The notes under the pieces are model-generated. The model did not search any database and was not told the DNA's origin. It was given only the letters and a program-made list of their open reading frames with translations. A program made the position numbers and the translations under genes. From an uncultured bacterium (GTDB lineage: Bacteria > Verrucomicrobiota > Kiritimatiellia > RFP12 > UBA1067), in NCBI GenBank assembly GCA_902780865.1, contig CACZHC010000001.1, positions 3,554 to 67,553 on the forward strand: a stretch of DNA of 64,000 nt, given 5' to 3'. Positions 53,847-63,447 of this stretch are shown piece by piece. The stretch's first letter is position 1, and each line of letters starts with the position of its first letter.

Positions 53847-56800
53847 ATGAAGAAACTGGTTTCCGCATTGATGGTTGCAGGCACGGTGCTTGCACTTCAT
53901 GCAGCCGTCCACGAGGACGACTGGCTCAAGGTCGAGACGCCCGACAAGGTTGCGCCCGACTCTGCGTTCCAGGTGAAGGTCACGCTCAAGAAGAACCTCG
54001 GAGCCGGTGAGAACGTGACCGTCGCGATGCACACCTTCAAGCCCGACGGCGGCTGGATGGGCACCGGCGAGTGGCGTCCGCCGCAGACGATGAAGAAGGG
54101 CGAGACTAAGGAGTTCGCCTTCACCGCGAAAGGGAGCGACAAGGTCGGACACTTCGGCCCGATCGTGTTCACCGCGCCGGGCGGAAACTGGGACAAGGCG
54201 ACGCACAGGATGTTCTGCGGAAAGATCGCATGGGCGATGTCCGGCGCGGAGGCTGCGAAGCGGAAGGCCGCGGCAGAAGCCGCCGCAGCGCGCTCCAAGC
54301 CGCCTGCGGGCATCACCTACAAGAAGAGCTGGATCGTCCCGCGCGGATGCTTCAGGCCCGGCACCGACGAGCCGATGAAGGAGATCCGCGAGGGCGAGCC
54401 GTTCGACGTCGTGGCTGACTACTACCTTGATTCTTCCGAATACTGGAACAACAAGTGCCACATCGTGGTCTTCGGCTGCGGTCCGTGGATCGACAACCCC
54501 GACGGCGTTCACGAGAAGCACGCGCACCACGTCGACTACCCGGGGGCGGGCTGGGGTTTCCGCGAGGTGAAGCCCGGAAAGGGCACCGTCCGCGTCACGC
54601 AGACGATCAAGAAGTTCTTCCGCTACAACTCGCTCTTCTTCCACGTCCGCTTCCGCGGCGGCGACGACAAGGACTTCCCGTGGACGAAGACATGCGGCGC
54701 GCCGCGCATGGTTCGCCCGATCAACGGGCTCGACATCATCGCGCCTACGGCAGGCGGTCTCTTCGTTGCGGGCCGCGAGAAGCCAGTCGTCGACCTCGTC
54801 GCCGGTTCCGACGCGAAGGCCGGCTCTCCCGTCGCCATCAAGATACTTGCGCTCGACGAAGTCGGCAAGCTCGAGGAAGTCGGCTCTGTTTCGGCTACGA
54901 TGCCCGATCCCGGCAAAACGGCCAAGGTCGATCTCTCGAGCGCCATTGGCAAGCGTCTCGGCTGCTTCCTCGCGGAAGGGCGCTCGGGCGACAAGTCGGT
55001 TGACGCGTTCTTCGGTGTTATTCCCGACGTAGACAAGGCGCTTGGCGGAAGGCGCGCGCAGTTCGGTGCGACGGACCTCCATACCGACCTCGAATGCGAG
55101 ACGGCCGCGAAGCTCGGTTTCTCCGTGAACCGCATGTTCATCGGCTGGGGCGGGCTCGTCCCGAACCGCGGCGAATACAAGTTCGACTGGCTTTCCAGTA
55201 CGATGGACCGCCAGGAGAAGCACGGCATCAAGCCGTGGCTCATGCTCATCGGTGCGCCCGAGTGGGTGCTGCCGCCCCATGTCCACTCGCCCGGATTCGA
55301 GCCGTACCCATTCGACGACGCGGGATGGCGCGATTCGATACGCGCGATATCGCAGAAGTTCGGCAAGCGCGTCTTCGGCATCGAGTGGCTCAACGAGATC
55401 ACCCCCGGCAGCAAGAGCTCGAACCCCACCGCGGACTACAACCGCTTCTGCGAGATCGGCACGGAGGAACTCCGGAAGGTGAACCCGAAGGCGCACTCGA
55501 TGATGGCCGGCGGCCTCTGGCCGCGCAACTTCCGTCTTGACGTCCTCGGCGCGGGAATCGGCAAGCACGTCGACATCCTCCCGATCCACTACGGCGAATA
55601 CGAAAGCGCGTCCGAGGCAATCGCCGACGCCAAGGCGGGCGGCATTGATCTCGTCTGGAACGACGAGAGCGCGGCGGGCATCTCCGTGTGGGGCATGGGC
55701 GGCCGCGAGGCGCTCGAGCGCAGCGTCTTGCAGTCGCGCTTCGTTCTCCGCTCGTGGCCCGCCCAGCTCGCCGCAGGCGTGAAGGGCATAATCTACTTCG
55801 GCGGCGAGGCGAACCCCGCCGGCAACTGGAAGTACCTTCTCGACGACTACACGCCGCGCCCTGTCGCCGCCACGCTTGCCGTCCTGTCGGCGAAGCTCGG
55901 CAATGCCCGCCCTGTCGGCGTCTACTACGCCGAACCTGGCGCGCGCGTCGTCGTGTTCGAGCGGAAGGACGGCACTGCGCTCGCCGTGATCGGTTCCGCG
56001 AACGGCGACGAGAAGTCCGCGCCTGTCGAGATGACTGTTCCCGCGACGCCCGGCTCCACCGTCGTGAGTACCGACCATCAGGGCAACACGCGTACTATCG
56101 CCGCCAAGGGCGATACCATTACTATAAAGGCCGGTGCGATGCCGTTGATCTACGAGGGGTTGCCGCTTAATCCTCTCGCCGTCCGCTGCGCGCTTACGAT
56201 CGAGGGCCAGGGACCGCTCACGCCCAAGCCCTCCGTCAGCTTCGTGAAGGGCGCTGCGCCGCAGTTGCGTATCTCCGCCCGCAACCCGCTCAACATGCCT
56301 GTCGAGGGCGTGGTTGGCGTTGCGATCGGCAACGGCGGCAAGAGCACCAAGGCGCTCAAGCTCGCGCCTGGAGCGAGCGAGCACTTTATCCTCGACTTCC
56401 CGGCCTCCGCGCTCCCCGCTGGTCCCTCGAAGGGCGTGGCCCGCGTCGGCTGGAAGCTCGCCAAGGGCAATGTCATCGCGCAGACCGACTTTGCCGTCGA
56501 CGTCGTCGATCCAGCGACGCTTGGCAACCTACTCTCGAACGGCGGCTTTGAGGCGAACGGCGGCTCGAAGCACGGCTGGAACGGCGGCGGCAAGGTGGTG
56601 AAGCTCTCGGGCGCCCGTCCGGGCGAGGTCGGAAACGCTCTTTCGCTCGACCACGGCAAGGGCTGGATGCAGCTTTTCCAGCGTGTCGACAATCCAGCCC
56701 CCGGGCGCAAGCTCCTCTACACGGCGTGGATGCGCACGGACAAGATGAACGCGGGCTCGAACGCCTCGCTCATCTGCCGCAACGGTCCATCGGCCGACTA

Positions 56801-57629
56801 CTACATGCCGGACATCTTCGCCGCCCCGAGGGACACCGCCGGCGCGTGGCAGTTCATGGTGAAGGTCCTCGGCACTTCGGTTGACCATGTGGCGGCGCAG
56901 GTCCAGCCCGTCGCCAGCGGCGAAAACGGATCCGCGCTCTACGACAACATCCGCCTGACGCTCTACGACGGGTCCGACTGGGCGACTGAGGCGCGCCGCA
57001 CCGCGAAGCCGAAGGCCATCGACGGTGATCTCTCCGACTGGGACTTCGCCGATCCGATTCCGCTTCTCTGCGCGAACCAGATCACGTCTGAAGGCGGCTA
57101 CAAGTGGACGCCCGAGAACCTTTCCGGCATTGCGCAGCTCACGTGGGACGACGAGGCACTCTATATTGCCGCGCGCGTGCGCGATGACGTTCATGTCGTC
57201 AAGACGGGCACGGATACGCTGAAGGGCGATGCCCTGCAGATCGGGCTCCATCCCGCGAACCGCCTCGTTGGCGCCGACAACGCCGCGATCGAGTGGTACA
57301 TATCCGCCGCGAACCCGGGCAGCGGCTCGGGCAAGCACACGGTCTTCCGCCCGGCGGCGCATGCGGCGGGTCTTGCGAGCGGCCAGCTCGCCAAGGACTC
57401 GTCCGTCTACGAGATCGCCGTCAAGCGCAACGGCAAGGATACCTGCTACGAGTTCAGGGTCCCGTGGCGCGACGCTGGTGGCGTTCGTCCGCAGGCTGGT
57501 ACGCGCCTCGGACTTTCGCTCCGGCTCACCGACGCCGACTCTGGTGCGGCGCACGGCGCGGCGGCTTGGGGACGCGGCCTCGAATCGTGGACTCCGTCCT
57601 CGTTCGGCTCGCTCGTTCTTTTGCCATAG
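53847..57629 (+). CDS. Large (1260 aa) secreted glycoside hydrolase, clan GH-A (GH5/GH39-like) with N-terminal beta-sandwich and C-terminal CBM9/DOMON-like domains
   Basis: Signal peptide MKKLVSALMVAGTVLALHA. ..FSVNRMFIGWGGLVPNRGEYKFDWLSSTMDRQEKHGIKPWLMLIGAPEW and GIEWLNEITPG (NE acid/base). C-terminal DGDLSDWDFADPIPLLCANQITSEGGYKWTPENLSGIAQLTWDDEALYIAARVRDD is CBM9-like. Confidence 0.55.
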   Translation: MKKLVSALMVAGTVLALHAAVHEDDWLKVETPDKVAPDSAFQVKVTLKKNLGAGENVTVAMHTFKPDGGWMGTGEWRPPQTMKKGETKEFAFTAKGSDKVGHFGPIVFTAPGGNWDKATHRMFCGKIAWAMSGAEAAKRKAAAEAAAARSKPPAGITYKKSWIVPRGCFRPGTDEPMKEIREGEPFDVVADYYLDSSEYWNNKCHIVVFGCGPWIDNPDGVHEKHAHHVDYPGAGWGFREVKPGKGTVRVTQTIKKFFRYNSLFFHVRFRGGDDKDFPWTKTCGAPRMVRPINGLDIIAPTAGGLFVAGREKPVVDLVAGSDAKAGSPVAIKILALDEVGKLEEVGSVSATMPDPGKTAKVDLSSAIGKRLGCFLAEGRSGDKSVDAFFGVIPDVDKALGGRRAQFGATDLHTDLECETAAKLGFSVNRMFIGWGGLVPNRGEYKFDWLSSTMDRQEKHGIKPWLMLIGAPEWVLPPHVHSPGFEPYPFDDAGWRDSIRAISQKFGKRVFGIEWLNEITPGSKSSNPTADYNRFCEIGTEELRKVNPKAHSMMAGGLWPRNFRLDVLGAGIGKHVDILPIHYGEYESASEAIADAKAGGIDLVWNDESAAGISVWGMGGREALERSVLQSRFVLRSWPAQLAAGVKGIIYFGGEANPAGNWKYLLDDYTPRPVAATLAVLSAKLGNARPVGVYYAEPGARVVVFERKDGTALAVIGSANGDEKSAPVEMTVPATPGSTVVSTDHQGNTRTIAAKGDTITIKAGAMPLIYEGLPLNPLAVRCALTIEGQGPLTPKPSVSFVKGAAPQLRISARNPLNMPVEGVVGVAIGNGGKSTKALKLAPGASEHFILDFPASALPAGPSKGVARVGWKLAKGNVIAQTDFAVDVVDPATLGNLLSNGGFEANGGSKHGWNGGGKVVKLSGARPGEVGNALSLDHGKGWMQLFQRVDNPAPGRKLLYTAWMRTDKMNAGSNASLICRNGPSADYYMPDIFAAPRDTAGAWQFMVKVLGTSVDHVAAQVQPVASGENGSALYDNIRLTLYDGSDWATEARRTAKPKAIDGDLSDWDFADPIPLLCANQITSEGGYKWTPENLSGIAQLTWDDEALYIAARVRDDVHVVKTGTDTLKGDALQIGLHPANRLVGADNAAIEWYISAANPGSGSGKHTVFRPAAHAAGLASGQLAKDSSVYEIAVKRNGKDTCYEFRVPWRDAGGVRPQAGTRLGLSLRLTDADSGAAHGAAAWGRGLESWTPSSFGSLVLLP

Positions 57630-57651
57630 TCGCTCTTTCTCGGCGATTCTA

Positions 57652-57660
57652 TGATATAAT
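57652..57660 (+). promoter_or_regulatory. Extended -10 promoter TGATATAAT; ATG at 57668 lies 7 nt downstream (leaderless)
   Basis: Read from sequence. Confidence 0.45.
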
Positions 57661-57667
57661 TTACGTC

Positions 57668-58516
57668 ATGGACATCGTCGAGAAACTTGCAGGGCTCATA
57701 CGAGACACCAGTTCGTCGCTTCCACGGGATGTGGAAGCGGCGATAAATAAGGCCTTCCGCGGAGAGACGCGCGGGTCTTCAGCGTCTGTCGTCCTCGGGA
57801 CGATACTCGACAACGTGCGTCTCGCGCGGAAGCTCGGCTCGCCGCTTTGCCAGGACACGGGGACTCTCGCGTTCTACGTCGACGCATCGCTTCGCCGCAA
57901 GGTCTCGCCCGCAGCCGTCAAGAAGGCGGTCGCGCTTGCGACTGCGCGAGGGTATCTGCGAAAGAACTGCATCGACTCCGTGACAGGCAAGTCCTACGAC
58001 GACAACTGCGCGGACGGGGCTCCCGTGATCCACTACGTCGACTGGCAGAAGCCGGGGTGCGTGACTCTTGTCATGAAGGGCGGCGGCAGCGAGAACATGT
58101 CGCGCCAGTATTCGCTGCCCGACGCGTCGCTCGGCGCGGGGCGAGATCTCGCGGGCGTGAGGAAATGCATTCTCGACGCGGTGCGCAAGGCGCAGGGCTT
58201 TGGCTGCGCGCCCGGGATACTTGGCGTCTGCATCGGCGGCGACCGCGCGACGGCGTATGAAGTGGCAAAAGAGCAACTTCTCCGTCCGCTCGGCGCGGTT
58301 GGCGCGTCGAAGGACGCGACGCTCAGGCGGCTTGAGAGGGATATCCTGAAGGACGCAAACTCTCTCGGCATAGGCCCGATGGGGCTTGGCGGCAAGACGA
58401 CGCTTCTCGGCGTCAGGATTGCAGCGCGGCCGCGCGTTCCAGCGAGCTTCTTCGTGACCGTCGCCTACATGTGCTGGGCGTGCAGGCGCGGAGAGGTTTG
58501 CGTCGTAGCCGTGTAG
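57668..58516 (+). CDS. Fe-S hydro-lyase alpha-subunit-like protein (class I fumarate hydratase / L(+)-tartrate dehydratase alpha family)
   Basis: MDIVEKLAGLIRDTSSSLPRDVEAAINKAF...LGSPLCQDTGTLAFYVD. The CQDTG motif and ~283-aa length fit the FumA/TtdA alpha domain. No beta subunit is adjacent. Confidence 0.55.
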   Translation: MDIVEKLAGLIRDTSSSLPRDVEAAINKAFRGETRGSSASVVLGTILDNVRLARKLGSPLCQDTGTLAFYVDASLRRKVSPAAVKKAVALATARGYLRKNCIDSVTGKSYDDNCADGAPVIHYVDWQKPGCVTLVMKGGGSENMSRQYSLPDASLGAGRDLAGVRKCILDAVRKAQGFGCAPGILGVCIGGDRATAYEVAKEQLLRPLGAVGASKDATLRRLERDILKDANSLGIGPMGLGGKTTLLGVRIAARPRVPASFFVTVAYMCWACRRGEVCVVAV

Positions 58517-58535
58517 ACCATGTAGCAAATGGAAT

Positions 58536-60065
58536 ATGAGCGATTTTTTGCTGTCGCTTAAGGATGTATCGCTCGCGTTCGGCGGACCGAGCGTCTTGGA
58601 TTGCGTGTCGCTTTCCATCTCGAAGGGGCTTCGCGCCGCGCTCACGGGGCGAAACGGCGAGGGCAAGTCCACTTTGCTGAAGGTGATCGCCGGAAAGCTC
58701 GAGCCGGATTCCGGCGAAATCGTCCGCGCACCTGGGCTCAAGACCATATACGTCTCGCAGGAAGTCCCTGCAGACCGCCCGGATGATCCCGGCTTCAACG
58801 CGCTTTCAGGCGGCCGCCGCCGCAGGAGCATTCTCGAGGCGGCGCTGCTGGCGCGTCCCGACCTCCTGCTTCTCGACGAACCGACGAACCACCTCGACAT
58901 GGAGACGATCGACTGGCTCGAGGCGATGCTGCGCCGATCCCGCGACATGGCCGTTGTCGTCGTCACTCACGACAGGCGCTTTCTCAGGCGTGTTGCGACG
59001 AAGATATTCGACCTCGACCGCGGCGAACTCTCCGGCTGGGAATGCAACTACCCGACGTTTCTCAAGCGCAAGGCCGAGCTCTTGGCGGACGAAGCGGTCT
59101 ACTGGGAGCGCAAGTCAAAGAAACTCGCTCAGGAGGAAGCGTGGATCAGGCGCGGCGTAAAGGCGAGGACTACGCGCAACGAAGGGCGGGTCGCCGCGCT
59201 TATGAAGCTGCGCGAGGAATTCGCGGCGCGGCGTGCCGCAGTGGGTTCCGCGACGCTCAAGCTCGACACCGCGGCTCCTGGCGGCATGGGCGTCCTCAAG
59301 ATAAAGAACGTCTCCTTTTCCTATCCCGGCTCGAAGCGTCCCGTGATTTCCGATTTCACGGCGACCGTGCTGCGCGGCGAGAGGATTGGCATCCTCGGCG
59401 CAAACGGCGTTGGCAAGACGACGCTCCTGAACTTGCTCACGGGGCGTCTCAAGCCGACGTCGGGCGAGGTTGTGCGCGGCACTGGCGTGGAGCTTTCGTT
59501 CTTCGACCAGCTTCGCAGCGAGATGCGCCCGGAGCTTACCGTTGGCGAGAACATCGCCTCCGACCGCGACGAAGTCGTAGTGGGAGGCGTGAGGAAGCAC
59601 GTCTATTCCTACCTTGCCGATTTCCTCTTCACGCCCGAGCGCGTGCGCACTCCGGTCAAGGCGCTTTCCGGCGGCGAGCGCGCGCGGCTTATGCTTGCGA
59701 AGCTTTTCCTGAAGCCCGCGAATCTGCTCGTGATGGACGAGCCGACGAACGACCTCGACGTGGAGACGCTGGAACTTCTGGAAGAGCAGCTTCTCGCGTA
59801 TTCGGGGACGCTGCTTCTGGTTAGCCACGACCGCGAGTTCTTGAACAACGTCGTGACTTCGACTTTCGCGCTCGACGGCGACGGAACCGTCAGGCAGTTC
59901 CCTGGCGGGTATGACGACTACGAGCGGCAGAGGGCGGCGAAACCGAAGGTGGACGTGCCGCCTGCGCCCCCGGCAAAGACGAAGCTCGACATCCGCGTCC
60001 GCGTCAAGCCCCTTGCCGCCGCGAAGAAGAAAGAGTTCACCTGCAATCCATTTGCAAATCTTTAA
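58536..60065 (+). CDS. ABC-F family ATP-binding cassette protein (Uup-like) with a shortened, degenerate first NBD
   Basis: Walker A GRNGEGKST. LSGGRRRRS...LLLLDEPTNHLD. Linker LAQEEAWIRRGVKARTTRNEGRV (strongly Uup-like). Second NBD GANGVGKTT, LSGGERARL, LLVMDEPTNDLD. Confidence 0.8.
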   Translation: MSDFLLSLKDVSLAFGGPSVLDCVSLSISKGLRAALTGRNGEGKSTLLKVIAGKLEPDSGEIVRAPGLKTIYVSQEVPADRPDDPGFNALSGGRRRRSILEAALLARPDLLLLDEPTNHLDMETIDWLEAMLRRSRDMAVVVVTHDRRFLRRVATKIFDLDRGELSGWECNYPTFLKRKAELLADEAVYWERKSKKLAQEEAWIRRGVKARTTRNEGRVAALMKLREEFAARRAAVGSATLKLDTAAPGGMGVLKIKNVSFSYPGSKRPVISDFTATVLRGERIGILGANGVGKTTLLNLLTGRLKPTSGEVVRGTGVELSFFDQLRSEMRPELTVGENIASDRDEVVVGGVRKHVYSYLADFLFTPERVRTPVKALSGGERARLMLAKLFLKPANLLVMDEPTNDLDVETLELLEEQLLAYSGTLLLVSHDREFLNNVVTSTFALDGDGTVRQFPGGYDDYERQRAAKPKVDVPPAPPAKTKLDIRVRVKPLAAAKKKEFTCNPFANL

Positions 60066-60157
60066 ATACTGATTCCTGGCCCCTGGCCCCTGTGCACTGA
60101 CCCCTAATCTCGTTTCCCCTCGCGTTTTGGGAGCAAATCTGCTATAATATCGCACCG

Positions 60158-61651
60158 ATGAAGCGATATTGGTTTTTGGCGGCCTTCGGGTTCGTCGTGC
60201 TTGCGTTTGCGGCCGTGTGGCTCGGGGCCCTCAATCAAGACGAGGGATGGTATCTTTATGCCGCGCGTCTCGTGTCGGAGGGCAAGACGCCGTACCGCGA
60301 CTTTTTCTACACCCAGGCGCCCGTAATGCCAATCGTATACGCGGCGTTCACTTCCGTGTGGAATTCGTTCGGGCTTCTTGGCGCAAGGATCCTTACCATC
60401 GTCATTGGTGCGCTGGGCCTCGCTTTTTTCTGCGCCCTTGCCGCACGCCTCGTCGCGCCTGGCCGCCGTGCGCTGGCCGCGCTTGCCGTCTTTCTCCTGC
60501 TCGGCTCGAATCTCTACCACCTCTACTACGTCGCGATTCCGAAGACATACGCGCTTGCGTCGCTTTTCGTGGCAATCGGCTTCTTCCTCCTGACCTTCGC
60601 CCGCACGCCGACCCTTCGCGGGGGCGTCTTCGCGTTCGTGTCGGGGCTTTCGCTCGCATTCGCGTGCGGCACGCGCATCAGTCTCGGAGTGATTCTCGTG
60701 GTTGTCGGTTTGGGGCTGCTTCTCTCGATTCGCACCTGGGGCAAGGCCTTCCTTTGGTTCGGCCTCGGCGGCGCGTTCGGCCTCGCTGTCGTCTACGGCT
60801 TCTTCCTATGCGACCCCACGGCACGCGCCGGGCTCTTTGCCGCGCAGGCCTACCACGCCGCCCGAGGCGGCTTTGACCCGGTCTTCACGGTCGGTTCCGT
60901 GTCGCGGCTCGTCAGGTGGTATCTGCCTGTTTTTGTCCTGCTTGGGCTTGGTTTTGCGCACCGTAGCGAAGCCGGTGGCGAAATCGATGCGGTCCTCGTC
61001 GCGCGACTTGCGTTTGCAAGCGTCGTCGCCGTTTTTCTCGTACAGATGCTCGCGCCGTTCCCCTACGAGGACTATCAGGTTCCGGTAATGGGGCTTCTTG
61101 CCGTCTTCGCCGTCGTGCTCTTCTTCGGCCGTCCGGCCTCCGTGCCTTCGCGCGGGCTTCTGCTGACGCTTGGCCTTGCATGGGCCGCGTCGTTCGGCTC
61201 TCCGCTTCTCGAAAAGTGGACGACGAACGGTCAGGACAGGTTCTGGACCCACAAGAAGGAGCAGTGCGAGCTCGCACAGCTGCGAGACGTAGCGCGCACC
61301 ATCGAGGAGGAGGACCCGAACGGCGACATGCTGCTGACCCAGGACCTCTATCTCGCCATCGAGACCGGGCGCAAGGTCCCTGCCGGGCTCGAGATGGGGC
61401 CGTTCAGCATGCTTTCGGACGAGGAATGGCGCAAGCTCCTCTCGTCCGCGCCGTGCAAGATGGCCGCTCTTTCCGGCTACTCGTTCGCCATAAATCCGCC
61501 TCGCTGCGACGAGGTGCCGATCGACAGGCAGATCGAGTACTGGAGCCTCCTGAAGAAGGACTACGACCTCGTGATGAGGGAAGATGCGTTCGGGCAGAAC
61601 GCCACTGCTCTTCTCATACTCAAGCGCAAGGCGGACAGGACTGACAGGTGA
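60158..61651 (+). CDS. Integral-membrane glycosyltransferase, ArnT/PMT (GT39/GT83)-like
   Basis: About 11 predicted hydrophobic TM segments. N-terminal DEGWYLYAARLVSEGKTPYRDFFYTQAPVMP resembles the ArnT/PMT family loop-1 region. Confidence 0.5.
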   Translation: MKRYWFLAAFGFVVLAFAAVWLGALNQDEGWYLYAARLVSEGKTPYRDFFYTQAPVMPIVYAAFTSVWNSFGLLGARILTIVIGALGLAFFCALAARLVAPGRRALAALAVFLLLGSNLYHLYYVAIPKTYALASLFVAIGFFLLTFARTPTLRGGVFAFVSGLSLAFACGTRISLGVILVVVGLGLLLSIRTWGKAFLWFGLGGAFGLAVVYGFFLCDPTARAGLFAAQAYHAARGGFDPVFTVGSVSRLVRWYLPVFVLLGLGFAHRSEAGGEIDAVLVARLAFASVVAVFLVQMLAPFPYEDYQVPVMGLLAVFAVVLFFGRPASVPSRGLLLTLGLAWAASFGSPLLEKWTTNGQDRFWTHKKEQCELAQLRDVARTIEEEDPNGDMLLTQDLYLAIETGRKVPAGLEMGPFSMLSDEEWRKLLSSAPCKMAALSGYSFAINPPRCDEVPIDRQIEYWSLLKKDYDLVMREDAFGQNATALLILKRKADRTDR

Positions 61652-63405
61652 AGCCGATTGAACTGAGGCACAGGATTCTCGAGACCGTTTCGAAGAACGG
61701 CGGCCATCTCGCGTCGTCGCTTGGCGCGGTCGAGATAGCGATGGCCCTTGCCGAAGTCTTCGATCCAGAGACCGACCGCGTGGTGTGGGATGTCGGCCAC
61801 CAGGCATACGCGTGGAAGATTCTCACCGGCCGCGCAGACAGCTTTGCCACACTCCGCAAGCTGGGCGGGATATCCGGTTTCCCCAATCCCGCCGAGTCGA
61901 AGGCCGATGCCGCCGTGGCGGGTCACGCGGGCGTCGCGCTTTCCGTCGCCGAGGGGCTCGCGGCCGCGCGCGACAGGCGAGGCGGAAACGAGCATGTTGT
62001 CGCGGTCATAGGCGACGCGTCGATCGCGAACGGCACGAGTTTCGAGGCGCTCAACAACTGCGCATCGGCGACGAAGCGGCTCATCGTCATCCTGAACGAC
62101 AACGAAATGTCGATAGCGAAGCCGGCCGGAAGCATCGCGAAGGGGCTTGGTCGCCTCACGTCGGGCATACGCTACAACCGTGCGAAGAACGTCGCCAAGA
62201 AGATCGGCCGCGCGCTTCGGCTGTCGTTCCTCTATGGTCTTGTCCACTGGGTGAAGAACCGCCTCAAGACGATGATGCTCCGCAACGTCTGGTTCGAGGA
62301 GTTTGGCTTCCACTACCTTGGCCCGGTCGACGGCCACGATCTTGCCGCGCTCGTCTCGGCGCTCACGGCTGCGAAGGAAGAGAACCGCCCTGTTCTTCTG
62401 CATGTCGTCACGAAGAAGGGCCATGGCTACGGCCCGGCCGAGAAGGACCCGACGGCATGGCACGGCGTTGGGCCTTTCCCCTGGCCTTCGACTTCCGACA
62501 CCGTCGATCTTGCGCTTCCGACGGACGGCCAGAAGGCGCGTCCGGCGCCCGGCTGGAGCGAGGTCTTTGGCGAGGCGCTGTGCGAGCTCGCGAAGGAAGA
62601 CGACCGCGTCGTGGCGCTGACGGCGGCGATGCGCGATGGAACGGGGCTTGCGCCGTTTGCCGCGCGCTTCCCGGATCGTTTCTTCGACGTCGGCATAGCC
62701 GAAGGCCACATGGTAGCGTTCGCAGGCGGGCTTGCCGCGGGCGGGATGCGCCCTGTCGTCGCCGTCTACTCGACGTTCCTCCAGCGGTCCGTGGACCAGG
62801 TTATGCACGATGTGGCGATCTCCAACCTGCCCGTCGTCTTCTGCGTAGACCGCGCCGGCGTCGTCGGTGCAGACGGAGTGACGCATCAGGGGCTCTACGA
62901 CATCGCGATGCTCAGGTGCCTCCCCAATGTGACGATATGCCAGCCGAAGGACGCCGAGGACATGAAGGCGCTGCTAAAGGAAGCCCTCGACCGCAACGGC
63001 CCGACCGTAATCCGCTACCCCCGCGGCAAGGTCCCGACGGGACGCGGGAGCGAGGCGCCTGCGATCAATCAAACAATCAAACAATCAAACAATCAAACAA
63101 TTGCCATTTGGGCCACCGGCGACTGGTACGGGAAGGCGTGCGAAGTCGCGTCCCGCGTCGGCGGGATTGCGGTGCATGCCCGCTACCTGAAGCCGTTCGA
63201 CAGCGAGCTCCTTGCCAAGCAGCGCGCGGCGGGAATGAAGATCGTGAGTCTTGAAAACGGGGCTGTCGCCGGCGGTTTTGGAGAGGCGATTGGCGCCGAC
63301 GTGAAGTTCGGGTGGCCCGACGCGTTCATCCCCCACGGCACGCAGGCCGAGCTTGAAAGGAAATACGGCCTCGACGTGGAATCCATAGTTGCGTCTCTGC
63401 GTTAA
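61648..63405 (+). CDS. dxs: 1-deoxy-D-xylulose-5-phosphate synthase
   Basis: GGHLASSLGAVEIAMALAEVFDPETDRVVWDVGHQAYAWKILTGR...VIGDASIANGTSFEALNN..ILNDNEMSI...; canonical DXS TPP-binding and transketolase motifs. Contains an in-frame 8-mer tandem repeat at 63066-63101. Confidence 0.93.
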   Translation: MKPIELRHRILETVSKNGGHLASSLGAVEIAMALAEVFDPETDRVVWDVGHQAYAWKILTGRADSFATLRKLGGISGFPNPAESKADAAVAGHAGVALSVAEGLAAARDRRGGNEHVVAVIGDASIANGTSFEALNNCASATKRLIVILNDNEMSIAKPAGSIAKGLGRLTSGIRYNRAKNVAKKIGRALRLSFLYGLVHWVKNRLKTMMLRNVWFEEFGFHYLGPVDGHDLAALVSALTAAKEENRPVLLHVVTKKGHGYGPAEKDPTAWHGVGPFPWPSTSDTVDLALPTDGQKARPAPGWSEVFGEALCELAKEDDRVVALTAAMRDGTGLAPFAARFPDRFFDVGIAEGHMVAFAGGLAAGGMRPVVAVYSTFLQRSVDQVMHDVAISNLPVVFCVDRAGVVGADGVTHQGLYDIAMLRCLPNVTICQPKDAEDMKALLKEALDRNGPTVIRYPRGKVPTGRGSEAPAINQTIKQSNNQTIAIWATGDWYGKACEVASRVGGIAVHARYLKPFDSELLAKQRAAGMKIVSLENGAVAGGFGEAIGADVKFGWPDAFIPHGTQAELERKYGLDVESIVASLR

Positions 63406-63447
63406 AACATAAAACATCAAACTTCAAACATCAAACTTTAAGCTTTT

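Noticed and set aside
58505-58525. GTGTAGaccATGTAGcaa: two reverse-complement CTACA(C) half-sites at 9-bp spacing at the 3' end of the fumarase-alpha gene
   Set aside because: It overlaps a coding region and stop codon, is in the opposite orientation relative to the downstream ABC-F gene, and has no associated -10 element. Most likely chance.
63066-63101. Possible CRISPR array or mobile-element terminus suggested by CAAACAAT repeats
   Set aside because: Units are only 8 bp, directly tandem without spacers, and lie in-frame inside dxs. This is not a CRISPR architecture, and no cas or transposase genes are nearby.
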